Below are positions 43,453 to 52,612 of a stretch of 64,000 nucleotides of DNA, in pieces; position 1 is the stretch's first letter; each line of letters starts with the position of its first letter. The DNA comes from Chthoniobacterales bacterium (GTDB taxonomy: Bacteria > Verrucomicrobiota > Verrucomicrobiia > Chthoniobacterales > JAATET01). The notes beneath the pieces are model-generated. The model made no database searches. It was not told the DNA's origin and saw only the letters and a list, made by a program, of their open reading frames with translations. Where the stretch lies: the NCBI GenBank assembly GCA_015655545.1, contig JAATET010000070.1:11841-75840 (forward strand), read 5' to 3'. A program made the translations under genes and the position numbers.

Positions 43453-45227
43453 GGGAGGACGATGGGGTTTCGAAGCGGGAGAATGATGGTGTAGTGGTAG
43501 GCCCAGCTTTCTTCGTCCGGCGTGGCTCGAACGGTGATGAGTTTGGCCTTGTTCGCGTGATCGATGGCGAACAGATCGGAGCTTTCGAGATTGGTAACGA
43601 AATCGTCCACGACCTTTGCCTGGTTGGGCTCGTTGAAGAAATACAGCCCGCGAATTTCCAGGGTGTCGATGGCGGGTTGGGCCGGCTGAGACTGGTTGCC
43701 ACCGATGCCGGGTCTGGTCGCGGATGGGGGTTTGACCGGGGCGGCGGGTGCGGTTCTTTGGCCGGGCGTGGTGCCAAGCATGCTGATCGGTTTGCCATTC
43801 GAGAGCGGCGTGAGCTGGGTGATCCAGATGAAGCGCGGCGGCAGCTTGGCGGAAAGTTCGTCAACGATCCGCACCCAGACTTCCCGCTCCGCGGTGGCGG
43901 TGAGCAGTGGGGCCGCGATGGCTTCGACTTCGTCCTGCTTGCGTTTGAGATTGTCGAACGCCTGCGCCTGCACGTCGAGCTTGGCGATGTCCTGATTGAC
44001 GGACTGGAGCATGTGATCCTGCACGGCGGCGGCCTTGGAGAAATAAACCCACCACTGGATGAGGAGCAGGAACAGGCAGGCGGTGGCGGCGAGGAGGAAG
44101 GGCTTGCGCTTGGAAAGCGTCTGGGCGGCGATGACCGTGGGCGGACGGAGATTGATCTCGATCGGGCAGTTGCCGAGTTCGCGCAGGGCGAGTCCGACGA
44201 CCTCTCCGGCGGCATGCGCCTTGGCCGTGAGCAATTCCGTATCCACGGTGGGCGCGATGATGACGTTGCGGAAGGGGTTGAAAAATTCCACCGGCAGCTG
44301 CAGCTTTTCACCGAAGAATTCCAGCATGTAGGGCATGCTGACGGCGCCGCCGGCGAGCAGGATACGCAACGGCTGGGAGCCGCCCTGATTGGCGCGGTAG
44401 AAGCTGATGGAGCGGGCGATCTCGGCGTGAAGCCGGGTGAGCGTGGTGCGCGAGAGCTTGGAAATGCGAGCGACGATTTCGTCCTCGGGATCGGCGTAGG
44501 GGCCGCCCAGGCTCACGAAGCCTTTTTCCTTTTTCATGAGCTCCGCGGCCTCGATCGGCTGGTGGAACTCCTTGGCAATGGCCGTGGAGATGGTGTTTCC
44601 GCCGACGGGAATGCTCCGTGAGTAGGATTTGTTGCCTTCGACGAAGAGGAGATTCGTGGTGCGAGCGCCGACATCGATGAGCAGCGAGCAGCCGCCGAGG
44701 TCGCTGTAGTTGTAGCGCAGGGCATTGAGCAGCGCCACCGGAGCGACGTCAATGATGTGCGGGGCGAAACCGGAGGCTTCGACGGCCTTGTTGACGTCCT
44801 CGAGCGTGTCGGTCTTGATCGCGAGCAGGACGACGTTGAGCTTGCCGTCATGCGGTTCGCCGAGTGCCTGATAATCCCAAACGACTTCGTCGATCGGAAA
44901 AGGAATGTTCTGCTGCGCTTCGAAAGCGATGATCTGGTTGAGATCGTCGGGGGAGGAAACTGGCAGCGAGAGATAGCGGGCGAAGACCGCCTGGGAGGGG
45001 AGGGCGTAGTTGACGCTGCCGCCGGCGCTTTTGGCCGTCTTTTTAAGTTCGGCCACCGCGCCTTCGAGCTGCCCGGGGCGGGAGGCGTCGGCACCGGGAT
45101 CGGTGAGAAGCTCGGTGAATTGAAGCTGATCGAGGGTCAGGGAGCCGTCTGCGGATGTGTGGAACTCAGCGAGTGCCACCGTCTGCATGCCCAGATTCAG
45201 CACACGGGTGCGGGTCGGTGAGGACAT
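43449..45227 (-). CDS. PilM-like actin-fold ATPase fused to a TM + PilN/PilO-like C-terminal part (Amuc_1101-like)
   Basis: N-terminal ~340 aa: LNLGMQTVALAEF, CSLLIDVGARTTNLLF, ILLAGGAVSMPYM (the PilM/FtsA actin fold). This is followed by the TM helix FLLAATACLFLLLIQWWVYF, a coiled-coil and a C-terminal domain. Confidence 0.65.
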   Translation of the reverse strand: MSSPTRTRVLNLGMQTVALAEFHTSADGSLTLDQLQFTELLTDPGADASRPGQLEGAVAELKKTAKSAGGSVNYALPSQAVFARYLSLPVSSPDDLNQIIAFEAQQNIPFPIDEVVWDYQALGEPHDGKLNVVLLAIKTDTLEDVNKAVEASGFAPHIIDVAPVALLNALRYNYSDLGGCSLLIDVGARTTNLLFVEGNKSYSRSIPVGGNTISTAIAKEFHQPIEAAELMKKEKGFVSLGGPYADPEDEIVARISKLSRTTLTRLHAEIARSISFYRANQGGSQPLRILLAGGAVSMPYMLEFFGEKLQLPVEFFNPFRNVIIAPTVDTELLTAKAHAAGEVVGLALRELGNCPIEINLRPPTVIAAQTLSKRKPFLLAATACLFLLLIQWWVYFSKAAAVQDHMLQSVNQDIAKLDVQAQAFDNLKRKQDEVEAIAAPLLTATAEREVWVRIVDELSAKLPPRFIWITQLTPLSNGKPISMLGTTPGQRTAPAAPVKPPSATRPGIGGNQSQPAQPAIDTLEIRGLYFFNEPNQAKVVDDFVTNLESSDLFAIDHANKAKLITVRATPDEESWAYHYTIILPLRNPIVLP

Positions 45228-45257
45228 TCGTTAAAAAAAGGGATCGTGTTGAGGGAC

Positions 45258-45899
45258 TTAGTAGGCGGCGCCCTTGGCTTTGACGGCCTCGAAGTAGTCG
45301 TAGAAGAGCGGCGCGAAAGGCGTCTGATCCTTGCTCAGCACCAGACCGGGAGGGCCTTGCGGCATGGTCTGCCACCACGAAGGCTTGTTCTTGCCGGCGC
45401 CTGTGCTGACCTCGGCGGCCAACTGCCCCTGGATCGTGGCCGTGACGCCGATGGCCAGCACGGTGGAAGCGATGGCGGCGGGCGTTTTGCCGTCGAAGAA
45501 ACTTTTCAGAGTCTGCGGGCTGACCAGCGCCACGGAGTGGTGGAGATCGCTGCCCGGGATGACTCCGGTATGGGTAATGGCGCCGGTGAGGAGCGTGTTT
45601 ACGCGGTTCTTGGCCGAAGCGTTTTTCAGCAGGATGTAGTAATTAAACGTGATTTCGTCGGCTTGTCCGGACACCGGAGGGCGGCCGGTTCCTTTGTAGG
45701 CGAAGGTGACTTCGACCCAGAGCCAGTCCTGGCTGGCTGCTTTACGCTGCGGGCCGACGCCGATATTAAAATCCGGCGACTTTTCGAGCGAGGGCTTGAT
45801 GTCGGTGATCTGAACGGGCGAGTTCGCGGGAGTGAACTGTGCTTGCGAAACGGCTGCGGTGGCCAGAAGCAGGGCTGCCGTGAAAAACTGTCGAATCAT
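45258..45899 (-). CDS. Amuc_1102-like secreted pilus-associated protein
   Basis: 213 aa with signal peptide MIRQFFTAALLLATAAVSQAQ. It is the first gene of the cluster, as Amuc_1102 is relative to Amuc_1101. The call rests on context and size. Confidence 0.4.
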   Translation of the reverse strand: MIRQFFTAALLLATAAVSQAQFTPANSPVQITDIKPSLEKSPDFNIGVGPQRKAASQDWLWVEVTFAYKGTGRPPVSGQADEITFNYYILLKNASAKNRVNTLLTGAITHTGVIPGSDLHHSVALVSPQTLKSFFDGKTPAAIASTVLAIGVTATIQGQLAAEVSTGAGKNKPSWWQTMPQGPPGLVLSKDQTPFAPLFYDYFEAVKAKGAAY

Positions 45900-46008
45900 A
45901 GTCTGGGGCTGAGAAAATGTTTTGAGGGACGTGTCACACTAAGGGAACGCGCGGATTCAAGGCAATAGGTTCTTGTGAATAACGTGGAATTTATTTTGTT
46001 GCGTGCGG

Positions 46009-46959
46009 TCAAACACGATCGCGAAAATAGTCGACAGTGCGGACGATTCCGTCCTCGAAGGCGACCTGCGGCTCCCATCCGAGCAGCTTTTTGGCCAGGC
46101 CGATATTGGGCTGGCGGACCTTTGGGTCGTCCTCGGGCAGCGGCCTGAATTCGATCTGCGCGCTGGTGCCGGTCATCTCGATGATGTGTTCGGCAAACTG
46201 CTTGATCGTCATTTCGCGCGGGTTGCCGATGTTCACGGGCTCGTGGTAGTCGCTCATCATGAGACGGAAGATTCCATCAATGAGATCGGAGACGTAGCAG
46301 AAGCTGCGGGTCTGGGAGCCGTCGCCAAAAATCGTGAGCGGCTGGTTGGTGAGCGCCTGGCCGATGAAAGCCGGGACCACGCGGCCGTCGCGCAGGCGCA
46401 TGCGGGGGCCGTAGGTATTGAAGATGCGCACGATGTGCGTGTTCATCTTGTGGAAGCGGTGATAGGCCATCGTGATCGCCTCGGCGAAGCGCTTGGCCTC
46501 GTCATAGACGCCGCGCGGGCCGATGGGATTCACATTGCCCCAATAATCCTCGGTCTGCGGGTGGACGAGCGGGTCGCCGTAGCATTCGGAAGTCGAGGCG
46601 AGGATGAACGCCGCCCCTTTTTCCTTGGCGAGGCCAAGGGCGTTGTGCGTGCCGAGCGAGCCGACCTTGAGCGTCGGGATCGGCAGCTCGAGATAATCGA
46701 TCGGGCTCGCGGGGCTGGCGAAGTGCCAGACGTAATCGACCTTGCCGGGCAGGTAAATGAAGTCGGTGACGTTGTGGTGGATGAACTTGAAGTCTTCGTT
46801 GCCGGCGAGGTGCTCGATGTTCGCGATGTTGCCGGTGATGAGGTTGTCGATGGCGACGACGCGATGGCCTTCGGAAAGCAGACGATCGGAGAGGTGAGAG
46901 CCGAGGAACCCGGCACCTCCGGTGACGACGCTGGTGGGTTTCGTGCGGACTTCAGACAT
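46009..46959 (-). CDS. UDP-glucuronate decarboxylase (UDP-xylose synthase)
   Basis: [57 protein letters not shown]. Confidence 0.85.
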   Translation of the reverse strand: MSEVRTKPTSVVTGGAGFLGSHLSDRLLSEGHRVVAIDNLITGNIANIEHLAGNEDFKFIHHNVTDFIYLPGKVDYVWHFASPASPIDYLELPIPTLKVGSLGTHNALGLAKEKGAAFILASTSECYGDPLVHPQTEDYWGNVNPIGPRGVYDEAKRFAEAITMAYHRFHKMNTHIVRIFNTYGPRMRLRDGRVVPAFIGQALTNQPLTIFGDGSQTRSFCYVSDLIDGIFRLMMSDYHEPVNIGNPREMTIKQFAEHIIEMTGTSAQIEFRPLPEDDPKVRQPNIGLAKKLLGWEPQVAFEDGIVRTVDYFRDRV

Positions 46960-47034
46960 GAGGGAGGTTGTCTATTCGCAACGCGCCGCGCAATGCCAGC
47001 AGAAAAAGAAAACGCGCGGCGACGCGCGCAAAAG

Positions 47035-48426
47035 TCATTTCGCGCCGAAGCCGAAGATCACCGCCGGGATCGTGCGCAACAGGATCCAGAAGTCGAGCGC
47101 GAGCGACCAGTTGTCGATATATTCGAGATCCAGGCGCACCCATTCGGAAAAATTCGTGACCTGGTTTCGGCCCTGCACCTGCCACAGGCACGTGAGGCCG
47201 GGCCGCATGCTCAGCCGGCGGCGATGCGAGGCGCTTTCGAATTTCTCGACCTCGTAGACCGGCAGGGGCCGGGGACCGACGAGACTCATGTCGCCGAAGA
47301 ACACGTTGAGCAGCTGCGGCAGCTCGTCGATGCTCGTCTTGCGCAGCCAGCGGCCGAATCCCGTCACGCGCGGATCGGCATCGACCTTGAAGACGGGCCC
47401 GCTCATGACGTTGAAGGCGATGAGCTCGGCGCGCTGCATTTCGGCATTCGTGTTCATCGAGCGGAATTTATACATCGTGAACGGGCGCCCGTGCCGGCCG
47501 GCGCGCTTTTGCTTGAAGAAGGCCGGGCCGGGCGACGTGAGCTTGATGATCGCCGCGATCAGGAGCAGCAGCGGCGAAAGCAGCACGAGGCCGAGAAAGG
47601 CCGAGGCGCGATCGAAAGCGCTTTTCACGAGCAGCGCCCAGGAAATGTCGGGCGTCGTGCGAAAAACCAGCATCGGGCGGCTCGCGAAGAGCTCGTAGGT
47701 CGGCCGGGCGATCGACGTGCGAATGAAATCCGCGCACAGCCACGCCTCGACGCCTTCGAGCTCGCAGGCCTCGATCGCCTTCTGCACGACCTTCAGCTCG
47801 ATGTTGCTGAAGGCGAGCAGCACGCGGCCCACCGAGTGCTCGTGCACCGCGTTCACCAGCGGAGCCATGTCGTCGGTGGCGAGGGGCACGCGTCCGACGA
47901 CGGTGATTTCCAAGCGCTGGCTGCGCGTGAAGCTGCTCTCGACCTCGGCCATTTTCGCCGGCTCGCCCACGATCAGGATCCGCTCGCCGATCGCGCCATT
48001 TCTCAGCGTGCGCTTGTAAATGGAGACGACGATCCGCTCCTTCAGAATCAATGCCGCCGGAGCGGCCAGCACGAAGAAGATGATCACCGAGCGGCTGGGG
48101 AGCTCGTATTTCAACAGAAACATCGTCGCGGCTAAAATCACCGTGAGCCAGATTCCCGCCCGGGCGATCTGCGTGATCGATCGCCAGATGGTCTTCTCGA
48201 GCGGGTATTGATAGTAGCCTTGCAGCTCCAGTAAAAATGGCCCCAAAGGCACGATGGGCGCCAGAGCCCACCAGAAATATTTCCACTCCGGAATCTCGGG
48301 CGAGCTGTCCAGGCTGAGGATGCCGCGGAACCGCAGCCAGTGACACAGCCAATACGTCGCGCCGAGGATCACGGCATCGACCAGTTCGTTGAGTTGAAGA
48401 TTGATTTCCTGTTTGCGCGCTAGCAT
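47035..48426 (-). CDS. Polyprenyl glycosylphosphotransferase (exopolysaccharide priming sugar transferase, WcaJ/EpsB-like)
   Basis: N-terminal TM block plus C-terminal bacterial sugar-transferase domain: LLSPLLLLIAAIIKLTSPGPAFFKQKRAGRHGRPFTMYKFRSM ... DELPQLLNVFFGDMSLVGPRP. Start at ATG 48426. Confidence 0.85.
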   Translation of the reverse strand: MLARKQEINLQLNELVDAVILGATYWLCHWLRFRGILSLDSSPEIPEWKYFWWALAPIVPLGPFLLELQGYYQYPLEKTIWRSITQIARAGIWLTVILAATMFLLKYELPSRSVIIFFVLAAPAALILKERIVVSIYKRTLRNGAIGERILIVGEPAKMAEVESSFTRSQRLEITVVGRVPLATDDMAPLVNAVHEHSVGRVLLAFSNIELKVVQKAIEACELEGVEAWLCADFIRTSIARPTYELFASRPMLVFRTTPDISWALLVKSAFDRASAFLGLVLLSPLLLLIAAIIKLTSPGPAFFKQKRAGRHGRPFTMYKFRSMNTNAEMQRAELIAFNVMSGPVFKVDADPRVTGFGRWLRKTSIDELPQLLNVFFGDMSLVGPRPLPVYEVEKFESASHRRRLSMRPGLTCLWQVQGRNQVTNFSEWVRLDLEYIDNWSLALDFWILLRTIPAVIFGFGAK

Positions 48427-48482
48427 GACGTTGGTCCCTGCGTGACCATTTCCAAGGAATGGGCTAGGTAAGGTCAGCTTCA

Positions 48483-49145
48483 ATGACGCGTCAAAGGAAA
48501 AGCCCGCACCCGCTCCATCGCGCAAACATCGTGGGCATCGCCGAGACGCCCTCCGCGCTTCGGCTTGCCCGCAAGATGAAGCCGGGCATCCTGGATGCGC
48601 TCGAGCTGCGGCTCGATGCTTTCGACGCCGCTCCCGATCTGGGCGAAATTCCGGTTCCCCTCATCGCGACCGTGCGTTGTCCCGCCGAGGGAGGCAGAAA
48701 TAATTTGAATGTCCGCGAGCGCGCGTCGCGTTATCTCGCGGTGCTCGAGCGCGCCGCGGCCATCGATATCGAGCTGGCCTCGCGCCTGGAAATGAAATCC
48801 GTGATCGAAGCCGCGCGCCGGGCCGGAAAAAAAATCATTCTCTCCTTCCACGACTTTTCCGGGACGCCAAAGTCCTTGCGAACGCTGCAACGGAGAGCCT
48901 GCGCGGCCGGCGCGGATGTTTTCAAAATCGCGGTGACCCCGCGCTCGCCCGGCGAACTCGGCGCGCTGCTCTCGATCCTCGACGCTCCGCCATTGCCGAC
49001 CTCGGTGATGGGCATGGGCCCGCTCGGCAAGGCTTCGCGCGTGGCGGCGATGGCCTGCGGCTCGGTGTTGAACTACGGCTGGATCGAGCGCCCGAACGTG
49101 GCGGGCCAGTGGTCCGCCGCCGAGCTGCGCGCGCTGTCGTCGTGA
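48483..49145 (+). CDS. aroD: Type I 3-dehydroquinate dehydratase
   Basis: LELRLDAF, PLIATVR, ILSFHDFSGTP, DVFKIAV. Confidence 0.75.
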   Translation: MTRQRKSPHPLHRANIVGIAETPSALRLARKMKPGILDALELRLDAFDAAPDLGEIPVPLIATVRCPAEGGRNNLNVRERASRYLAVLERAAAIDIELASRLEMKSVIEAARRAGKKIILSFHDFSGTPKSLRTLQRRACAAGADVFKIAVTPRSPGELGALLSILDAPPLPTSVMGMGPLGKASRVAAMACGSVLNYGWIERPNVAGQWSAAELRALSS

Positions 49146-50023
49146 GCCGTCAGGCGCTGCTGCTGCTGCTGCCGGCGATGTCGGCGCTCCTCTACGTCCT
49201 CGCCGCCCTGTTCATTAAAAAGGCGATCACCGCGGGATGCGATCAGCGGCACGTCAACCTGTGCGTCAATCTCCTGCCGGCCGTGATCTTTCAGTTGCTC
49301 TGGCTGTATTCCGGCCCGCTCGACTGGACGCAGGCATGGAAGCCCGCCGTGGCGGCGTGCACGTTTTTCGGCGGACAAGTTTTCACGTTTCTCGCGTTGC
49401 GCAATGGCGAGGTCTCCGTCACGACGCCGGTGCTGGGCACGAAGGTCGTGTTCACGGCGATGTTCAGCGCGATCGTCTTCGCGCAGGCCCTGGAGTTGCG
49501 CTGGTGGCTCGGCGCGCTGGCCTGCTCGCTTGGCGTGGTGCTCGTGACCGGCGCGACCTGGCGCACGCTTGCTCCGCGGCTGCTGCGGCGGGATGCGCTG
49601 TTCGCGACCGGCGCGGCGATCACCTTCGGGTTGACGGACGTGCTCGTGCAGCATTGGGAGCGGGCGGTGGGAATTCCGGCTTTCGTCGCGCTGATGTTCG
49701 GCTGCACCGGCATTCTGGTGCTCGCGGTTTTTTTGCCGGGGTTGCGGGGAGGGATTCCGGCGGCGGGAATCAAGCCGCTGGGCGCGGGCGCGATTCTTTA
49801 TTCGCTCCAGATTCTGGGCATGGCCGTGGCGCTTGGCCTGCACGAAAGCGCGACCGCGGTGAATATCGTCTACGGCTCCCGCGCGGTGTGGAGCGTGGTC
49901 TTGGCATGGATGCTGGCCCGTTTCCTCCAGGCGGAGGAGGCGCGCGATGCGCGCGAAGTCATGGTGCGCCGGCTCGCGGGCTCGCTGCTCGTCTTCGGCG
50001 CGGTGCTGGCGGTTTTGATTTAG
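49142..50023 (+). CDS. EamA/DMT-family transporter
   Basis: 10-TM profile. Start proposed at GTG 49142 (GTGA overlap with the aroD stop). Confidence 0.6.
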   Translation: MSRQALLLLLPAMSALLYVLAALFIKKAITAGCDQRHVNLCVNLLPAVIFQLLWLYSGPLDWTQAWKPAVAACTFFGGQVFTFLALRNGEVSVTTPVLGTKVVFTAMFSAIVFAQALELRWWLGALACSLGVVLVTGATWRTLAPRLLRRDALFATGAAITFGLTDVLVQHWERAVGIPAFVALMFGCTGILVLAVFLPGLRGGIPAAGIKPLGAGAILYSLQILGMAVALGLHESATAVNIVYGSRAVWSVVLAWMLARFLQAEEARDAREVMVRRLAGSLLVFGAVLAVLI

Positions 50024-50094
50024 CCGGGGAAAGCGGGAGGGCAGGAAAGGAATTCCCGAGTTGCCGGTTTTCCTGCTTTCCTTGGATACACCTC

Positions 50095-51132
50095 ATGTCC
50101 GCTCTTCTCGAAAAACTGCAGTCGCATGTCGAACTCGATGGCCCCGACGTGGACGCAATGTGTGCGGCGCTCCTCGACGAATCGCAGCCCGTCGCGGCGC
50201 GCGCGCAGCTGCTCGAGGCCTTGTCCGCCAAGGAAGAGACGCCCGCGGAGATCGCGCATTTTGTGCGCGCGCTGCTCGGGCATGCGCGGCGGATCGAGAT
50301 TCGCGGCGACGGCGCGCCGGTGATGGACGTGTGCGGCACGGGCGGCGACAAGCATGGCCTGTTCAATATTTCGACCGCGGTGATGTTCGTCGTGGCGGCC
50401 TGCGGCGTGCGCGTGGTCAAGCACGGCAACCGCGGCATTACTTCGAAAAGCGGCGGAGCGGATGTGCTGGAGGCGCTCGAGGTGCGCATCGAGCTCGAGC
50501 CCGCGCACGCGGCGGCGGTGCTCGAGGATGTCGGCTGCGTCTTTCTGTTCGCACCGTTTTATCATCCGGCGTTCAAGGCCGTGATGCCGGTGCGCAGGCT
50601 GCTCGCGGAGCGCGGAATCGCCACCGTTTTCAACAAGCTCGGCCCGCTGCTGAATCCCGTGAACCCGGCGTTCCAGCTCGCGGGAGTTTTCGATCCGGGA
50701 ATGGTCGGGATTTATGGGAAGGTTTTTATCGAACTCGGGCGCACGCGGGCCTGGGCCGTGCATGGCAACACGCCCGAGGGAGGATTGGACGAAATGTCCA
50801 CGCTCGGCACGACGGAAGTTTGCGCGGTCGAAAATGGAACGTTGCGACGCGGCATATTGGCGTCGGCGGAGTTTGGACTTCGGCGGCCTGATCTTGCGGA
50901 GCTGCGCGGCGGGAGTGCGGCGGAGAACGCCGGGACGCTGGAGGCTCTGCTGCGCGGGAAGCTGCCGGGTGCGATCGAGGATATCGTGCTTTGGAATGCC
51001 GCGGGCGCGCTGACGGTCGCGGGAGTTTGTCAGGAAGTCGGCGGAGGGCTTGAACTGGCCAGGAGAGCGATCCAGTCGGGCGAAGCCGCGGCGCGGCTCG
51101 ACGCGATGCGCCGCGCGACCCGCCGCCGCTAG
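50095..51132 (+). CDS. trpD: Anthranilate phosphoribosyltransferase
   Basis: MDVCGTGGDKHGLFNISTA, VVKHGNRGITSKSGGADVLEAL, FLFAPFYHPAFK. Start at ATG 50095; the 631-aa ORF-track version was rejected. Confidence 0.9.
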   Translation: MSALLEKLQSHVELDGPDVDAMCAALLDESQPVAARAQLLEALSAKEETPAEIAHFVRALLGHARRIEIRGDGAPVMDVCGTGGDKHGLFNISTAVMFVVAACGVRVVKHGNRGITSKSGGADVLEALEVRIELEPAHAAAVLEDVGCVFLFAPFYHPAFKAVMPVRRLLAERGIATVFNKLGPLLNPVNPAFQLAGVFDPGMVGIYGKVFIELGRTRAWAVHGNTPEGGLDEMSTLGTTEVCAVENGTLRRGILASAEFGLRRPDLAELRGGSAAENAGTLEALLRGKLPGAIEDIVLWNAAGALTVAGVCQEVGGGLELARRAIQSGEAAARLDAMRRATRRR

Positions 51133-51836
51133 GCGCCGAGGTAGGCCTCGCGAATCCGCGGATCGGCGAGCAGCTGGGAGCTGTCGCCCGCGAGCGTGAG
51201 CAGGCCGGTCTCGAGCACGGCGGCGCGGTGGGCGAGCTTGAGGGCGATGTTCGCATTTTGTTCGACGAGCAGGAGCGTGACGCCGGTCTCGTTGATCTGT
51301 TTCAGGAGCGTGTAGATTTCCTTCACGAGCTTCGGCGCGAGGCCCATCGACGGCTCGTCGAGCAGGAGAATTTTCGGGCGGCTCATCAGGGCGCGGGCGA
51401 CGGCCAGCATCTGCTGCTCGCCGCCGGAGAGGGTGCCGGCGGCCTGCGCGAGGCGCTCGCGCAGTCGCGGCAGGGCGGTGAGCATGCGCTCGAGATCTTC
51501 GGCGACGGCCTTGGCGTCATGGCGGATCCATGCGCCGAGTTTGAGGTTTTCCAACACGGTGAGGTTGCCAAAAATGCCGCGGCCTTCGGGCACGTGAGCC
51601 ATGCCGAGGGAGACGAGATTTTCGGCGGCGACGCCGCGCAAGCCCTGGCCGTCGAGCGAGACCTGGCCCCCGTGGCGGAGCAGGCCGGAGATCGCGCGGA
51701 GCGTGGAGGTTTTTCCGGCGCCGTTCGCGCCGATGAGCGTGAAGATTTCGCCCTGACGGACCTCGAAGGAGAGGCCCTTCACGGCGTGGATGTCGCCGTA
51801 GGAGACGGTGAGATTTTCGACGGTGAGCGCGCTCAT
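51129..51836 (-). CDS. livF: Branched-chain amino acid ABC transporter ATP-binding protein (LivF type)
   Basis: GANGAGKTSTL, LSGGEQQMLAVARAL, ILLLDEPSMGLAP. Its stop overlaps the trpD stop (convergent CTAG). Confidence 0.85.
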   Translation of the reverse strand: MSALTVENLTVSYGDIHAVKGLSFEVRQGEIFTLIGANGAGKTSTLRAISGLLRHGGQVSLDGQGLRGVAAENLVSLGMAHVPEGRGIFGNLTVLENLKLGAWIRHDAKAVAEDLERMLTALPRLRERLAQAAGTLSGGEQQMLAVARALMSRPKILLLDEPSMGLAPKLVKEIYTLLKQINETGVTLLLVEQNANIALKLAHRAAVLETGLLTLAGDSSQLLADPRIREAYLGA

Positions 51837-52612
51837 GCCTGTTCGTCCTCCGAGCCTCCGAGGTAGGCGTCGATCACGCGCGGGTTGGCGCGAATTTCCT
51901 CGGGAGTGCCGTCGGCGATGGTCTGGCCGAAATCGAGCACGGTGATGCGGTCGCAAAGGTTCATCACGAGGTGCATGTGGTGCTCGATGAGGACGAGCGT
52001 GACCTTGAACTCGGCGCGCACCCAGCGGAGGAATTCCGTGAGCGCGGCGGTCTCGCCCGTGTTCATGCCGGCGGCGGGCTCGTCGAGGAGAAGGAGCTCA
52101 GGCTTGAGGGCGAGGGCGCGGGCGATTTCGAGCCTGCGCTGCGAGCCGTAGGGGAGGTCTCCTGCGATGTCGTGCGCGTGGCCGAGGAGGCCGAAGGGGC
52201 CCAGCAGGGCCAGGCTTTCGTCGATGGAGCGCTGCTCGTCGCGGCCGGAGCGCGGCAGGCGGAAGAGGGCCTCTATCGGCGCGTAGTGGAGCTGCGAGTC
52301 GAAGGCGATGCGGACGTTGTCGAGGACGGTGAGCTGCTTGCAGAGGCGGATGTTTTGGAACGTGCGGCCGATGCCGATGTTCGCGATGCGGCTCGGGCGC
52401 AGGCCGGCGATGGATTCGCCGCGGAAGCGGATGGCGCCCTCGGTCGGCTGGTAGATGCCGGTGATGAGGTTGAAGAGCGTGGTCTTGCCCGCGCCGTTCG
52501 GGCCGATGATGCCGTGGGCGTGGCCGGCGGTGACGCGGACGTTGCACGCCGAGATGGCGCACAGGCCCCCGAAGCGCTTGGTGACGTTTTCGATTTCCAG
52601 CAGCGCGCTCAT
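51833..52612 (-). CDS. livG: Branched-chain amino acid ABC transporter ATP-binding protein (LivG type)
   Basis: GPNGAGKTTLFNLITG, LPYGSQRRLEIARAL, LLLLDEPAAGMN. Confidence 0.85.
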   Translation of the reverse strand: MSALLEIENVTKRFGGLCAISACNVRVTAGHAHGIIGPNGAGKTTLFNLITGIYQPTEGAIRFRGESIAGLRPSRIANIGIGRTFQNIRLCKQLTVLDNVRIAFDSQLHYAPIEALFRLPRSGRDEQRSIDESLALLGPFGLLGHAHDIAGDLPYGSQRRLEIARALALKPELLLLDEPAAGMNTGETAALTEFLRWVRAEFKVTLVLIEHHMHLVMNLCDRITVLDFGQTIADGTPEEIRANPRVIDAYLGGSEDEQA

